A program made the translations under genes and the position numbers. Source: a virus (Duplodnaviria > Caudoviricetes). From it: a stretch of DNA of 32,482 bases. Where the stretch lies: positions 1 through 32,482 of the IMG/VR virus record IMGVR_UViG_3300025035_000070; one strand, 5' to 3'. Below are positions 15,698 to 25,395 of the stretch, piece after piece (the first letter of the stretch is position 1; each line of letters starts with the position of its first letter). A model generated the notes under the pieces. That model worked only from the letters and a program-made list of their open reading frames with translations, was not told the DNA's origin and did not search any database.

Positions 15698-18600
15698 TCA
15701 CACCGTTACCACGGCGCGCGCCCAGCCGCCGGGGCCGAACGTCGCCGAAATCTGCGCCACCTCCACCATGAAGGACGCGCCCAGCGCATCGGCGGCGCGA
15801 TCCGCCGCCGGATAGGTCCAGGCCGGGGCCGTAGCCTCGGCCTCGCGCACCGCCGCGCCGCCGCCTTCGGGGCGGATGCGCACCAGGTATCGCTCGGCCT
15901 CCTCGGCCAGCGGCGGCGTGCGCCACGGCTGGCCCGGCTCACGCGAACGGCGCAGCCACGCCACCAGCGCACCGCCGTCAGGCTGCGCCTCGGCGCGCAC
16001 GGCATAGGGCGCGAAGGGCCGCAGCCCCACGCCCTGAAAGGCGTGCACGCGCTCCACCGCCAGATCGCCCGCCACGTCCGCGCCCACCGGGGCGGATCGC
16101 CACCACCACGCGCGGCCAATGTCCGCCGCCGTCATGGCGGGTTGCGCCACCGAAAGGCCAAGCGCCACCACGCGGGCGCCCGCGTCCGCGCCAAGCGCCG
16201 CCGCCGCCTCGGTTCCAAGTCGCCCGCGCAGCAGTTGGCGCAGCGTCCAGGTGCGCGGGCCGGTCAGCTCGGCGCGGGCGAATTGCAGCACTTCCCACAC
16301 GCCCGGCGCGGCCTCCACCGCCAGCGCGTTCGCCCCGGCCAGAACGTCCGCCTCGGTCGCGGTCAGCAGCTCGCCCGCGAACAGGCGCACCACCGCCGGG
16401 CCGGGCGTCCAGCGATCCGCCGGGGCGGCGGCCAGCGGCGCGTCCAGGCGGCCCAGCGGCGTGCGCGCGCCCAGCGTCAGGCGCGGGGCGTATGGCCCCG
16501 ATTGCTCGGGGGCGCGCCACACCGTCACGCCCAGCCACGGCTCGGCGTGCGCGGCGACATAGCCCGCCGCCGGGTCCGCCGCAGCGGAAAGCCGGGGCAG
16601 GTCCATGAACGCCACCAACGGCGGCGCGGCGGCGGCGTTGACCACGCGCACAGGCGGGCGATCCGGCCCCGTCAGGCCGCCGCGCAAGGCCACCTGATCG
16701 AAGCTGCGCGCCGTCACCTTGCGCGCCGCGCCGCGCGTGACGCTTTCCACCATGAAGGCGCGCGGGCGCTGGCCGGGGGCGGTGAACAGAAAAGGCCGCC
16801 CGGCCTCCAGATCGGCCCAGCTCGGCGGCGCGGTGAACTCCAGCCCTTCGCGGCTTTCGGTCACGTCGCGCAGCCATGCGCCTGCGATGGCGTCGGCGCG
16901 CTCAAGGTCCATGCCCAGGCCCAGCGACGCCTCGGCCAAGCCGTCCTCGGCGCCACTCTGGATCGTCGCGCGCGCCGCGCCGGTTTGCCAGTCCGCGCCG
17001 CTGTCAACAAACCTTATCACGGCTTCGCGCGGCGGGTCTTGAATGCTGGAGCGCGTCAACGTGTAGGGGCTGGCGTCGCCCGCCTCCACAAGATCGCCAG
17101 GCGTGACCGCGCCCCATGCTGGCGCGGCGGCGCGCGACTGAAACGCCAACTTGCCGAACGTCTCGAAGGCGTCCACGCGCAACGCGGCTTCCCATGGCGT
17201 CAGGAACTCGCGAAAGCTCATGGCGCGATCCGTCGCCACGCCGTCCACCTGCCCATGCGCCAGCGCAAGCTCCAGATCGGCGGGCGACACGCCATCGCGC
17301 GCCAGCCATGCGCGCAGCGTCTCGGCCAGCGGCGCGCGGCCAAGCCGCACCCAATGGCCTGCGCGATAGGCGGAATAATCCGCCCACAATGCGGCCCGGT
17401 CTGGATATTCCGGCCACGGTCGCGTGTCCGCCGTCCATACCGCCGTGCGCGCCGTGTCGATCATGCGCCCGCCATAGACGGCGGAAATCGGGTTGTGCGC
17501 CGGGTCTTCCCAATAGCCCAGCTTGGCCTCCAGAAAACGCCGTTGCATGAAATCATCGCGCCGCCCGTCGCTGAAATACGGCGCTGCGCTTTCCGACGAT
17601 TTATCGTCAATGAAGACGTTCGGCTGGTTGGCGCCCTTGTCCACCGCGGGGCAGCCGACCTCGGTGAACCAGATCGGTTTCGACTGCGGAACCCATGCGG
17701 TGGCGGCGGCGTCGCGCACCCCGCCGGGGCGGTTGTGGTGCGGGTTGCTCCACCAGGCGCGAATATCCTTGTATCGGAAAACCCACGGCTCGGCGTGCGC
17801 GCCATCGGTGATCGGCGTTCGCGCCTGCGCGGCGCGATCCGCCGCGCTCGCATAGAACCACTCGAAGCCCTCGCCACCCTCGACATTGCCGCGCAGGTAA
17901 TCCAGCGAATGGATCGAACCCGCCGCCGCGTCCAGATGCTCCACGCCGTCGCGCCAGTCGGCCAACGGCATGTAATCGTCTATGCCGACGAAATCGATGT
18001 TTTCATCAGCCCAAAGCGGGTCAAGATGAAAGAACACGTCGCCGGAACCGTCGCCCGGCTGATGGCCGAAATACTCGCTCCAATCCGCCGCATAGCCGAT
18101 CTTTACGCCGGGGCCGAGGATGGCGCGCACCTCAGCCGCCAGCGCCCGCAGCCGCGCCACTGTCACATAAGCGCCGCCGCCGTCGCGCAACCACGTCAGG
18201 CCGCGCAGCTCGGAACCGATGCAGAAACCAGCCGCGCCGCCCGCCTGCGCCGCCAGCCGCGCCATGTGCAGAATGAAGCGGCGATACCCATTTGGCCGGT
18301 TGAAAAATGCCTCTACGTCCGCAGCGGCGGCGGCGGTTCCGTCGCCGGTGGAGGTGATCCGCCCGCGCCACGCAAACGCAGCCTGTTCCGGCGCGCCGTA
18401 GGGGTCTGGCAAGCCGTTGCCCGGCGCCACGTCCATTTGAATGAACGGATACCAGATCACGCCGAGGCCCTTGGCCTGAAGCGCGGCGGCGCCCTCCAGA
18501 ATGGCGGCGTCCGCCGGGGTCGATCCGAACGCGGGCCGCCCGTCCACCAGCGAAACCGCCTGCGCCGCGCCGCGTGTGACGCCATCGACAACCCACGACA

Positions 18601-19519
18601 ATGGCGACGTTTTCTTGTCGATGATCTCCACTTTCGGCAGAATTTCGCATTCGCCCGCGCGCAAATCGGTTCCAAACCACGTCAGCACCAGCGTTGCGGT
18701 TTCCAGGTTCTCGCACAGCTCGGTTATCTGGCGCGCCGCCACAGTGAAATCGGTTTCCGCCTCGGAACGGTTGCTGTTCTCGACGGTGGCGCGCACCACG
18801 TCGCCGCTGGCGTCCACCACCTCTTGACGAATGGGCGTGGTGGCCAGCCCCCATTCGTTGCCCGGAATAAGCGTAAGCCCCCTTATCATCGGCTCCATGT
18901 CGCCGACAGGATTGCACACCTCGACATGCACATTCGGCCAGCGGTCGCCATAGGGGCCGAGGGGCAGGCGCTCCACCATCATCAGCGCCACATCGCGATA
19001 AGCGGGCGTCGCGCCGATGCCCTCAAGCGCCTCAATGCACGCATCGGGCATTTGCGCAACGTCGCCGCGATAGAACCGCACGCCATGCTTTGCGGCGTCG
19101 AAGGGGCGCGCATCCGCCCACACACGACCGAAATGCAGGCGCGGGCCGCCTTCGCACAAGGCGAACAGGGCGTTGCCGAAATAGCTGAAGCTGGTGGCTT
19201 CTGCGCGCGGCGCTGGCGCGCCCTTGCCGCCGCTGCGCTGCGTGGTGGCGACTTCCTCCAGCGGCGTGCGCCATATCATCTTTGCGGGCAGGCGCGCCCA
19301 ACCCGCCACCCATGGCAAATGTGCGCCCTCGGCGGGCAACGCCACGTCCAGCGACGAAAGGCGCGGCCCTTGCACGCGCTGGACGGGGCCGGGAAACAAC
19401 GCGGCGTCGATCATGCCGCCAACGGCGTTTCCGATGGCGCCGCCGACAGCCGCGCCAATCGGCCCGCCGATGGCCGCGCCTGCGACGTTGCCGCCCACGG
19501 TCAACAGCAGTTGCGCCAT
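15698..19519 (-). CDS. RcGTA g15-like baseplate 'megatron' (GTA TIM-barrel / host-specificity protein)
   Basis: 1273 aa; GPRL, WFGTDLRAGEC, FCIGSELRGLT, YAADWSEYFGH, FHLDPLWAD..IDFVGID.YMPL.DWRDG, KPIWFTE.GCPAVDKGANQPNVF. Confidence 0.95.
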   Translation of the reverse strand: MAQLLLTVGGNVAGAAIGGPIGAAVGGAIGNAVGGMIDAALFPGPVQRVQGPRLSSLDVALPAEGAHLPWVAGWARLPAKMIWRTPLEEVATTQRSGGKGAPAPRAEATSFSYFGNALFALCEGGPRLHFGRVWADARPFDAAKHGVRFYRGDVAQMPDACIEALEGIGATPAYRDVALMMVERLPLGPYGDRWPNVHVEVCNPVGDMEPMIRGLTLIPGNEWGLATTPIRQEVVDASGDVVRATVENSNRSEAETDFTVAARQITELCENLETATLVLTWFGTDLRAGECEILPKVEIIDKKTSPLSWVVDGVTRGAAQAVSLVDGRPAFGSTPADAAILEGAAALQAKGLGVIWYPFIQMDVAPGNGLPDPYGAPEQAAFAWRGRITSTGDGTAAAAADVEAFFNRPNGYRRFILHMARLAAQAGGAAGFCIGSELRGLTWLRDGGGAYVTVARLRALAAEVRAILGPGVKIGYAADWSEYFGHQPGDGSGDVFFHLDPLWADENIDFVGIDDYMPLADWRDGVEHLDAAAGSIHSLDYLRGNVEGGEGFEWFYASAADRAAQARTPITDGAHAEPWVFRYKDIRAWWSNPHHNRPGGVRDAAATAWVPQSKPIWFTEVGCPAVDKGANQPNVFIDDKSSESAAPYFSDGRRDDFMQRRFLEAKLGYWEDPAHNPISAVYGGRMIDTARTAVWTADTRPWPEYPDRAALWADYSAYRAGHWVRLGRAPLAETLRAWLARDGVSPADLELALAHGQVDGVATDRAMSFREFLTPWEAALRVDAFETFGKLAFQSRAAAPAWGAVTPGDLVEAGDASPYTLTRSSIQDPPREAVIRFVDSGADWQTGAARATIQSGAEDGLAEASLGLGMDLERADAIAGAWLRDVTESREGLEFTAPPSWADLEAGRPFLFTAPGQRPRAFMVESVTRGAARKVTARSFDQVALRGGLTGPDRPPVRVVNAAAAPPLVAFMDLPRLSAAADPAAGYVAAHAEPWLGVTVWRAPEQSGPYAPRLTLGARTPLGRLDAPLAAAPADRWTPGPAVVRLFAGELLTATEADVLAGANALAVEAAPGVWEVLQFARAELTGPRTWTLRQLLRGRLGTEAAAALGADAGARVVALGLSVAQPAMTAADIGRAWWWRSAPVGADVAGDLAVERVHAFQGVGLRPFAPYAVRAEAQPDGGALVAWLRRSREPGQPWRTPPLAEEAERYLVRIRPEGGGAAVREAEATAPAWTYPAADRAADALGASFMVEVAQISATFGPGGWARAVVTV

Positions 19520-19525
19520 GCGTGA

Positions 19526-19957
19526 TCACTCCAGGGGAAAAGCCGCCGCCAGCGATATGCGCTGCGCAAGGCTGGATAGGTGCACCTCCACCACGCCCGC
19601 GCCCTCGACGGCGTGCACGATGGTGGCGGCGCTGGCCAGGATCGCCAGATGGTGCGGCGGCGCGCCGCGCGTCAGGCGCAGCGCCACCACGTCTCCCGGC
19701 TGGACGGCGGCGGGGTCCAGAATGGCGAACCCCGCCGAGGCGGCGACGGCGGCCAGATCGGTGATCCGCGCCCAATCCGCGCGCCATGGCGGGCGCTCGG
19801 GGCGGGGCTGGCCGCTCAGCTCGGCGGCCACGCCCTCGATAAGCCCGATACAGTCCGCGCCCGCGCCGCGCAGCGCCGCGCCGGTCACATATGGGGTTCC
19901 GATCCAGCCGCGCGCCAATGCGACGGCGTTGGATCGGCGCAGGGCGGCGGGGTTCAC
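19526..19957 (-). CDS. NlpC/P60 phage cell-wall peptidase (RcGTA g14-like)
   Basis: ARGWIGTPY, GADCIGLI, PGDVV, HLAI and IVHA; GTG start overlaps the upstream stop. Confidence 0.88.
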   Translation of the reverse strand: MNPAALRRSNAVALARGWIGTPYVTGAALRGAGADCIGLIEGVAAELSGQPRPERPPWRADWARITDLAAVAASAGFAILDPAAVQPGDVVALRLTRGAPPHHLAILASAATIVHAVEGAGVVEVHLSSLAQRISLAAAFPLE

Positions 19958-20160
19958 TTGTCGCGCGCAGGGGCCTGGGCGGGCATGTCGGCGCAATGCC
20001 GCCAGCCGAGGGAAAGCGGCGGCGCGGCGTCGCGCGGATCACCTTGCGGGCGCATGGTGCGGATTTCCGCCAGCAGCGCCTCCAGCAGCCCGATGGCGTG
20101 GGCCGCGCGGTCATGATCCGTGATCGGTCTGTTGTCGATCATGGCGGGGCGTCTCCTCAT
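19954..20160 (-). CDS. Small hypothetical protein
   Basis: Fills the gap between DUF2163 and NlpC/P60, with 4-nt overlaps at both ends. Confidence 0.45.
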   Translation of the reverse strand: MRRRPAMIDNRPITDHDRAAHAIGLLEALLAEIRTMRPQGDPRDAAPPLSLGWRHCADMPAQAPARDK

Positions 20161-21029
20161 GATTGATCGCTGGCCACCGCATAGGCCAGCGCGGCGTCTT
20201 CGCGCGGCATATGCGGAAATCCGCGAAAGTTGATGACATTGGCGAAGCGGTCGCGACAGGTCGCTAGGCTCTTGTCACAGCCGGCCACGATGGCGAAGGC
20301 GTCGCCCGGCTGCGGCGTCTCATGCGGCGGGCGCCAAAGCTCGACCAATGCCGCCGCGCCGCTGGCGCGATGCGCGCGCACGTCCGCCCGCGCGTCGCCT
20401 GCGCCCGCGTTCGCGCCGGTGGTCCATGTCAGCACGCCGCGCGCAAACAGGCCCGCCGCGAACGCGCCGAGGCCGCTGGCGGTGATCGTGCGCCCGTCGC
20501 CGGAAACCGACGCCACCACGCCCGCGCCGGTGAACGGCGCAAGCGCCACGCCGCAGCGCGCATCGCCCAGCTCGGCGTCGCACGTCGCCAGCAGATGGCG
20601 GCCCCGCTTGCGGGTCAGCAGCGCCGCGCGGCTGCGCAGCTCGGCGGTGAAGCCGAGGCCGCCGCGCGACACTTCGCCGAGGTGATAGACGCCAACCAGC
20701 GCGCGCACCTCGGGGGCCGCCCAATTCACATCGAACACGCGCACCTCGGCGGCGTCATAGCGGCCCGCCGCCAGATCGGCCTCAGTGATCGCAGCGGATG
20801 AAAGCGCACCCGCAATGTCCAGATCGTCGGCGCCAAGGCCCAGCGCCTGCGCCGCCTCGGATGCGCCCAGGCCCTGCGCGGCGCGATAGGTCACGCCGTC
20901 GAACACGATATCGGCATCATGATCGGTGAAGCCGAACACCACGCCGTCACGCCGCTCCAGCCGCCAGCACGTCGCGCGCGTCGTGTCGCCGGTGGCAAGA
21001 TGCGCCAACCACGGGGCAGGGGCGCTCAT
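20157..21029 (-). CDS. DUF2163/BR0599 baseplate hub protein (RcGTA g13-like)
   Basis: CWRLERRDG..FGFTDHD, CDAELGDARC and AGCDK...CRDRF.N..NFRGFPH. Confidence 0.93.
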   Translation of the reverse strand: MSAPAPWLAHLATGDTTRATCWRLERRDGVVFGFTDHDADIVFDGVTYRAAQGLGASEAAQALGLGADDLDIAGALSSAAITEADLAAGRYDAAEVRVFDVNWAAPEVRALVGVYHLGEVSRGGLGFTAELRSRAALLTRKRGRHLLATCDAELGDARCGVALAPFTGAGVVASVSGDGRTITASGLGAFAAGLFARGVLTWTTGANAGAGDARADVRAHRASGAAALVELWRPPHETPQPGDAFAIVAGCDKSLATCRDRFANVINFRGFPHMPREDAALAYAVASDQS

Positions 21030-21090
21030 GGCGCCACCCGTGGCGCGGCGTCCAGCTCGGCGGCGCGATCCTCGGCGAGCGCGCGCGCCA

Positions 21091-21366
21091 TCAGTAAAGC
21101 GCCAGAATGTTGGTTGCGGTGGTCCCGGTGGCCAGAACGCGCAGCACACGCAGGGGATGATACTGCGCCGCGCCGCTGATCACCACCGATGCGTTGCCGA
21201 ACCGATCGATAATCGACACTGCGCCCTCCACGCCCACATACAGCGCGCGCGTCACTCCCATGGGAAGGTCGGCTACATCGTTCGGCGTGATCGCAATTAT
21301 TTCCTCTCCGGAGCCATTTCCCCGCAAGATGATGTTTTGTTCGCGCTTTTCTTCTGGCGTCGCCAT
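21091..21366 (-). CDS. Rcc01079-like head-spike base protein
   Basis: AITPNDVADLP..TRALYVG..G.V...PLRV.RVLATGTTAT.I.ALY; AAGGA RBS. Confidence 0.8.
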   Translation of the reverse strand: MATPEEKREQNIILRGNGSGEEIIAITPNDVADLPMGVTRALYVGVEGAVSIIDRFGNASVVISGAAQYHPLRVLRVLATGTTATNILALY

Positions 21367-21380
21367 CGTAATTTCCTTTG

Positions 21381-22334
21381 TTAATACAAAGCGAGAATGC
21401 CGGTTGCGGTTGTTCCGGTGGCCAGCACGCGGCGGATGCGCAGAGGGTGATACTGGTTGTCGCCGCTCACCAGCTCGCGCGCTTGGCCGAGGTGATCGTG
21501 AAACATCACCACCCCGGCGCCGGTGACATAGAAGCTGCGCGCAGGCCCTTGGGGAAGGTCCGCCGCGTCGGATGGCGTGACCGGCTCCACACGCCCAGCC
21601 GGGCCGCTGGTTTCCGCCGAGGCCGCCACAATCGCCGACTGTATCGCCGCTGTAAGGTCCGCCATATCGGCGGTGATCGTGCTCATGGCGTTCAAATCCT
21701 CAATCAGCGGAACGTCCGCGATTTCACCCAGCGCGCGGCCCGTCTCCGTGTCAAACATCGCCGCGTCGATCAGCAGCGTATCGGTGTCGAACCGAGCTGG
21801 CGCATCGAACGCGAACCCGGCTGAAAGCGCGGCGCCGGGGGCGGGCGCGGCGTCGAACGTCACCACGCCGTTTGTGGGGTTCACGCTCCAGCCGCCGCCG
21901 ATCTCGACGCCATCAACAGCGATGCGCACCGTTTCGGCCACCGGCTTGATGATTGATCGGCGCCATGTGCGGAACCCCGCCACACCGTAGCGTTTGCCAA
22001 GCTGAAACTGCGTCGCCGCGCCGTCGCCGTCGCCAAGCCACTGATCAAGCGCCGTCGGCGTTTTTTGCGGCTGGCACGATTTCCAGTCAGTCCAATCGCG
22101 CACGCGAAACCCGTGCATCCGCCCGGCGGCCATCTCGAAGAAATCCAGCACCGCGTGCAACTGATCCAGGCGGCGCACACCATAGGCCGCATTCCACGCG
22201 CGCCGCGATCCCGCCCAGCGCTGGTTGCGCTCCTCACGCCCGGAGGCCAGCGCAATAACCTCCGTGCGCCGCTGCGGCCCGCCGCTGAAGCCCAGCGACA
22301 CGTCCACCGGCAATCGCACCTCAAAGAACGCCAT
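21381..22334 (-). CDS. DUF2460 distal tail protein (RcGTA g12-like) fused to an Rcc01079-like domain
   Basis: GGP.RRTEV..LASGREERN.RW, GFR.RDW.D, FQL.KRY and AGF.FD.PARFDTD, then a C-terminal VTPSDAADLP...RVLATGTTATGILALY. Confidence 0.9.
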   Translation of the reverse strand: MAFFEVRLPVDVSLGFSGGPQRRTEVIALASGREERNQRWAGSRRAWNAAYGVRRLDQLHAVLDFFEMAAGRMHGFRVRDWTDWKSCQPQKTPTALDQWLGDGDGAATQFQLGKRYGVAGFRTWRRSIIKPVAETVRIAVDGVEIGGGWSVNPTNGVVTFDAAPAPGAALSAGFAFDAPARFDTDTLLIDAAMFDTETGRALGEIADVPLIEDLNAMSTITADMADLTAAIQSAIVAASAETSGPAGRVEPVTPSDAADLPQGPARSFYVTGAGVVMFHDHLGQARELVSGDNQYHPLRIRRVLATGTTATGILALY

Positions 22335-22346
22335 GGGCCGCCCCGA

Positions 22347-24161
22347 TCATGTGTTGCGCCCGCCGCGCCCCACGGCGCGCGCCAGCGTGGCGGCGACTTG
22401 GCCGCGCGACGCATGGAACGCCTCGGGGCTGGGCGTGCTGATGGTGACATTCACCACCGGCGCGCGCGCCCCGTCGCCTCGGGGCGTCACCGTCACGCGC
22501 TCGCCTTGCGTCGCCATGAACTGCACAAGATTGCGGTCGATCCCGCCGCGCCCGCCCACGGTGAAATCGGCGCCCTCGTTGAACTGCGGCAACTTGAACG
22601 CGCTGGCGCTGGCGGGCGTGAACCCGGCGGGGGCGTTGGTGACGCCACCGCTAAAGAACGAACTCGCGGCCCCGGCCAGCGCGCTGGCGGCGCTCGATGC
22701 AAGCGCGCTGATCCCCGCGCTGGCGAAGGAACCCGCCACATTCGCGCCGATGCTCAGCGCGCTGCGGCCCAGCGTCTTTAGGCTGAAATCGCCGGTGCGC
22801 ACCATATCGTCAAAGGTGCTGGCCACTTGCGCGCCAAGATCATCGAACACGCCAGCGATGGTTTGCGCGGTATCCGTCGCGCTCGGGATGGCGCCGCTGG
22901 CCAGCCGGTCGAACTCGCCCAGCACGCCGTCCACCAGATCGGGCACGCTGGAATTTCCGACAACCTGAATATACAGCCAGTCGAACGCCTCGGCGATCTT
23001 GCCCACGGTCTTGTCAACATAGCCTAGCACGCGATCAAAGCCGCTGGTGATCACGCGCCACACTTGCGCGGCCATGTCGGAAACCGACGCCACCACGTCC
23101 GCCGCGAAACCATTTATCGCCTCCAGCACCTGCGCAACGCCGTCGCGCACCGCTTCATAGGCGGCGGTTATCTGCGGCCAGAACGCCACCAGCCCCGCCG
23201 CCAGCGCCGCCACGCCAGCCGCTGCGGCGACAAACGCGGCGGGCAAGGCGGCCAGCCCAAGCGCCAGCAAGCCCAGCACGCCAAGAACTGGGCCGATGGC
23301 GGCGGCGATGGCGGCCCCGGCCACGATGAACCGGCGCATGGGTTCCGGCATTTCCTGAAGCGCTGCGATCACGCCACGCAGGCCCGCGATGATCGGGGGC
23401 AGGAAATCGGCGATGATCGCGCCGAACTGTTCCTGAAGATCGCCCCACGCATTGCCAAGCGCGGTCAACTGGCCCGTCAGGGTCTGCGCGCTGGTGGCGG
23501 CCTGCCCGCCGTAGAACTGCGCGATTTCGTCCAGGATAAGCCCTTGCGCCTCGGCGACGCGCCCCGTCTCCACCAGGCTTTTGATCACGCTCTTTTGCTG
23601 TTCGCTGAACTGGATACCCGCTTTGCCCAGCGCCGAAATCCCCTTGACAGGATCGTTCAAGGATTTGCCTAGCTGGATCGTCTGGCCTTTAAGGTCGCTA
23701 CCCAGCACCGCCGACAGATCAAGCGCCGCAATCTGCGCACGCTTGAAAATATCGCGCGAGACGTTGCCGAACGTCAGAAGCTGCGCCGTCACGTCCGCCA
23801 GTATCTTTTCATCGCCGACGGCGCTCAATTCCTGAAGCGCCGACGCCTCTTTGAAAAGCTGTTCGGCGCTGAACCCCGCCGCCGCGCCGGTCTGGCGGAT
23901 CGCCTGCGCAACTTGCGCCTCGGCCTTTTCCTGTATCTGATACAGGCCGACCATGTTGCGCGCCGCCAGCGCAAGCGGCGCGGTGACAGCCGCCGACAGG
24001 CCCGCGCCGATATTGCGCATGGATTTGCCCGCACTGTTGATGCGGTCGCGCAACGTGCGCGCCGCGCCCTCGACGCCTTGCATGTTCTTGCGCACGGCGG
24101 CGAAGGCCGAGGCGGTATCATCCTTCGCGCCGATACGAAAGAACAGATCGCGCACGCTCAT
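22347..24161 (-). CDS. Tail tape measure protein
   Basis: 604 aa, Ala-rich and helical; QLGKSLNDP..G..AL...GI.F and VGNS.VPDLV; follows the chaperones. Confidence 0.92.
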   Translation of the reverse strand: MSVRDLFFRIGAKDDTASAFAAVRKNMQGVEGAARTLRDRINSAGKSMRNIGAGLSAAVTAPLALAARNMVGLYQIQEKAEAQVAQAIRQTGAAAGFSAEQLFKEASALQELSAVGDEKILADVTAQLLTFGNVSRDIFKRAQIAALDLSAVLGSDLKGQTIQLGKSLNDPVKGISALGKAGIQFSEQQKSVIKSLVETGRVAEAQGLILDEIAQFYGGQAATSAQTLTGQLTALGNAWGDLQEQFGAIIADFLPPIIAGLRGVIAALQEMPEPMRRFIVAGAAIAAAIGPVLGVLGLLALGLAALPAAFVAAAAGVAALAAGLVAFWPQITAAYEAVRDGVAQVLEAINGFAADVVASVSDMAAQVWRVITSGFDRVLGYVDKTVGKIAEAFDWLYIQVVGNSSVPDLVDGVLGEFDRLASGAIPSATDTAQTIAGVFDDLGAQVASTFDDMVRTGDFSLKTLGRSALSIGANVAGSFASAGISALASSAASALAGAASSFFSGGVTNAPAGFTPASASAFKLPQFNEGADFTVGGRGGIDRNLVQFMATQGERVTVTPRGDGARAPVVNVTISTPSPEAFHASRGQVAATLARAVGRGGRNT

Positions 24162-24162
24162 T

Positions 24163-24332
24163 TCATCCCCCTGCCCGGCCTCGCCTGCGCGTCCGCCTCA
24201 CGGCGCATATCCCACCAGGCGCGCCACAGGCGCACCTCCTCGAATGTCAGGGCGTCAACCTCGGCCAGCGACTTCCCCAGGCGTTCGGCCAGCGCCATGA
24301 AGAATTGCAGATCGGCGTCGGCCCTCAGCCGT
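24163..24332 (-). CDS. gpT-like chaperone extension in the -1 frame
   Basis: After GGGAAAC the -1 frame reads KRLRADADLQFFMALAERLGKSLAEVDALTFEEVRLWRAWW...*. Confidence 0.8.
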
Positions 24333-24657
24333 TTCCCACTTCGTCCGCGCTTTCGCCCGCGATGGCCTTGGCCAGCCGCCCGAGGATCACCGGGCGCACG
24401 TTGTCCAGCAGGAATTTCAGCCCTTCATCGGTGCGCGGCACAATCGGCGCGCCGCTTTCGTCTCGGGCGTGGTCACGCACCACCAGCGCCGAGGCTTTCA
24501 GATCGTCGCCCTTGGCGCAGTCGCGCATGATCCGGCGCAACGCCCCGGCGGTCGGAACGTCGAAAAAGATGGTCATGTCCAGCTCGGGCACATGCACCGA
24601 CTGGCCATTGGCGGCGGCCAGGTCTTCCGCCGCCGCCTTCATGAACGCGGTGGTCAT
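24325..24657 (-). CDS. Tail assembly chaperone (gpG-like)
   Basis: Between tail tube and tape measure; ends in the slippery site G-GGA-AAC. Confidence 0.8.
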   Translation of the reverse strand: MTTAFMKAAAEDLAAANGQSVHVPELDMTIFFDVPTAGALRRIMRDCAKGDDLKASALVVRDHARDESGAPIVPRTDEGLKFLLDNVRPVILGRLAKAIAGESADEVGNG

Positions 24658-25058
24658 ACGTCCGCCCCTTCCACCAGCGCGCCGCGCGACTGGAACGTGA
24701 AGGACAGCGCGACAAGCGCATCCTTGTCGGCGCCGCGCGTGCGCCCGTTGATGGTGCATTCGCCGGAAATCTTGGTTTTTCCGGCGCCGCGCCCCTCGGG
24801 ATAGATCGCGATCACGCCTTCAGCGCCGCCGGTCACGGCGAGCTGGCCAGTGTCGGCCTTGTCCCACCAGGCGGCGACGTTGCCGCTCCAGTTGTTAAAC
24901 ATGGCGACGTTCACGCGGAACGCGGAACCCATAACGGTTCCATCGGTAGTGTCGATGTCCTCGGAAACCTCATAGGACGTGATTTGCCCAACTGCGGTTT
25001 CGGTTCCGGCGGCGGGCGTGAACGTCACCACGCCTTCGCGGCCCTTGTATAGCGCCAT
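24654..25058 (-). CDS. Major tail tube protein
   Basis: G.EGVV...VGQITSY...D.T.MG...WSG...SFTFQ..GAL; GGGAG RBS. Confidence 0.85.
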   Translation of the reverse strand: MALYKGREGVVTFTPAAGTETAVGQITSYEVSEDIDTTDGTVMGSAFRVNVAMFNNWSGNVAAWWDKADTGQLAVTGGAEGVIAIYPEGRGAGKTKISGECTINGRTRGADKDALVALSFTFQSRGALVEGADV

Positions 25059-25071
25059 GGCGCAAGCTCCC

Positions 25072-25395
25072 TTAGATGCGCTCCAGATCGATGCGCACCA
25101 AGCCGGAACCGTCCGGCTCCAGCCCGCGCACCCTGTAGCTGATTGCGTTTATGGTCACGGCGTCGCCCTGCGCCGCCGCCTGCGGCATGTCGGCGGCGAA
25201 CACCACCAGCGACGGCGCCACCGTGGCGACGCCGGGGCCGTCGCCCTGCGCGCGAACCGCGTGCGGCGCGGTGAAAACACCGGTGATCGGCTGCGGCTGG
25301 CCGCCCGCTGGCGTGTAGCTGGCAGCCAGCCCGAATGCGCCCGCGTCCATGATCGCGGCGCGCGTGGCCTCATCCTCCAGCATTGCGGGCGGCAT
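25072..25395 (-). CDS. Head closure / head-tail joining protein (gpFII-like)
   Basis: FG..A.YTP.GG, GD.VTI....Y.V...EPDG.G...I.L; start at 25395 or 25383. Confidence 0.75.
   Translation of the reverse strand: MPPAMLEDEATRAAIMDAGAFGLAASYTPAGGQPQPITGVFTAPHAVRAQGDGPGVATVAPSLVVFAADMPQAAAQGDAVTINAISYRVRGLEPDGSGLVRIDLERI

Noticed and set aside
16043-19525. 1160-aa plus-strand ORF
   Set aside because: Antisense shadow of the megatron gene in GC-rich DNA; Arg/His/Gln-rich with no recognisable motifs
21091-21460. Similar 3' ends of the two spike-base genes as a DGR template/variable repeat pair
   Set aside because: No reverse transcriptase in the window, mismatches are not adenine-specific, and both copies are coding paralogues
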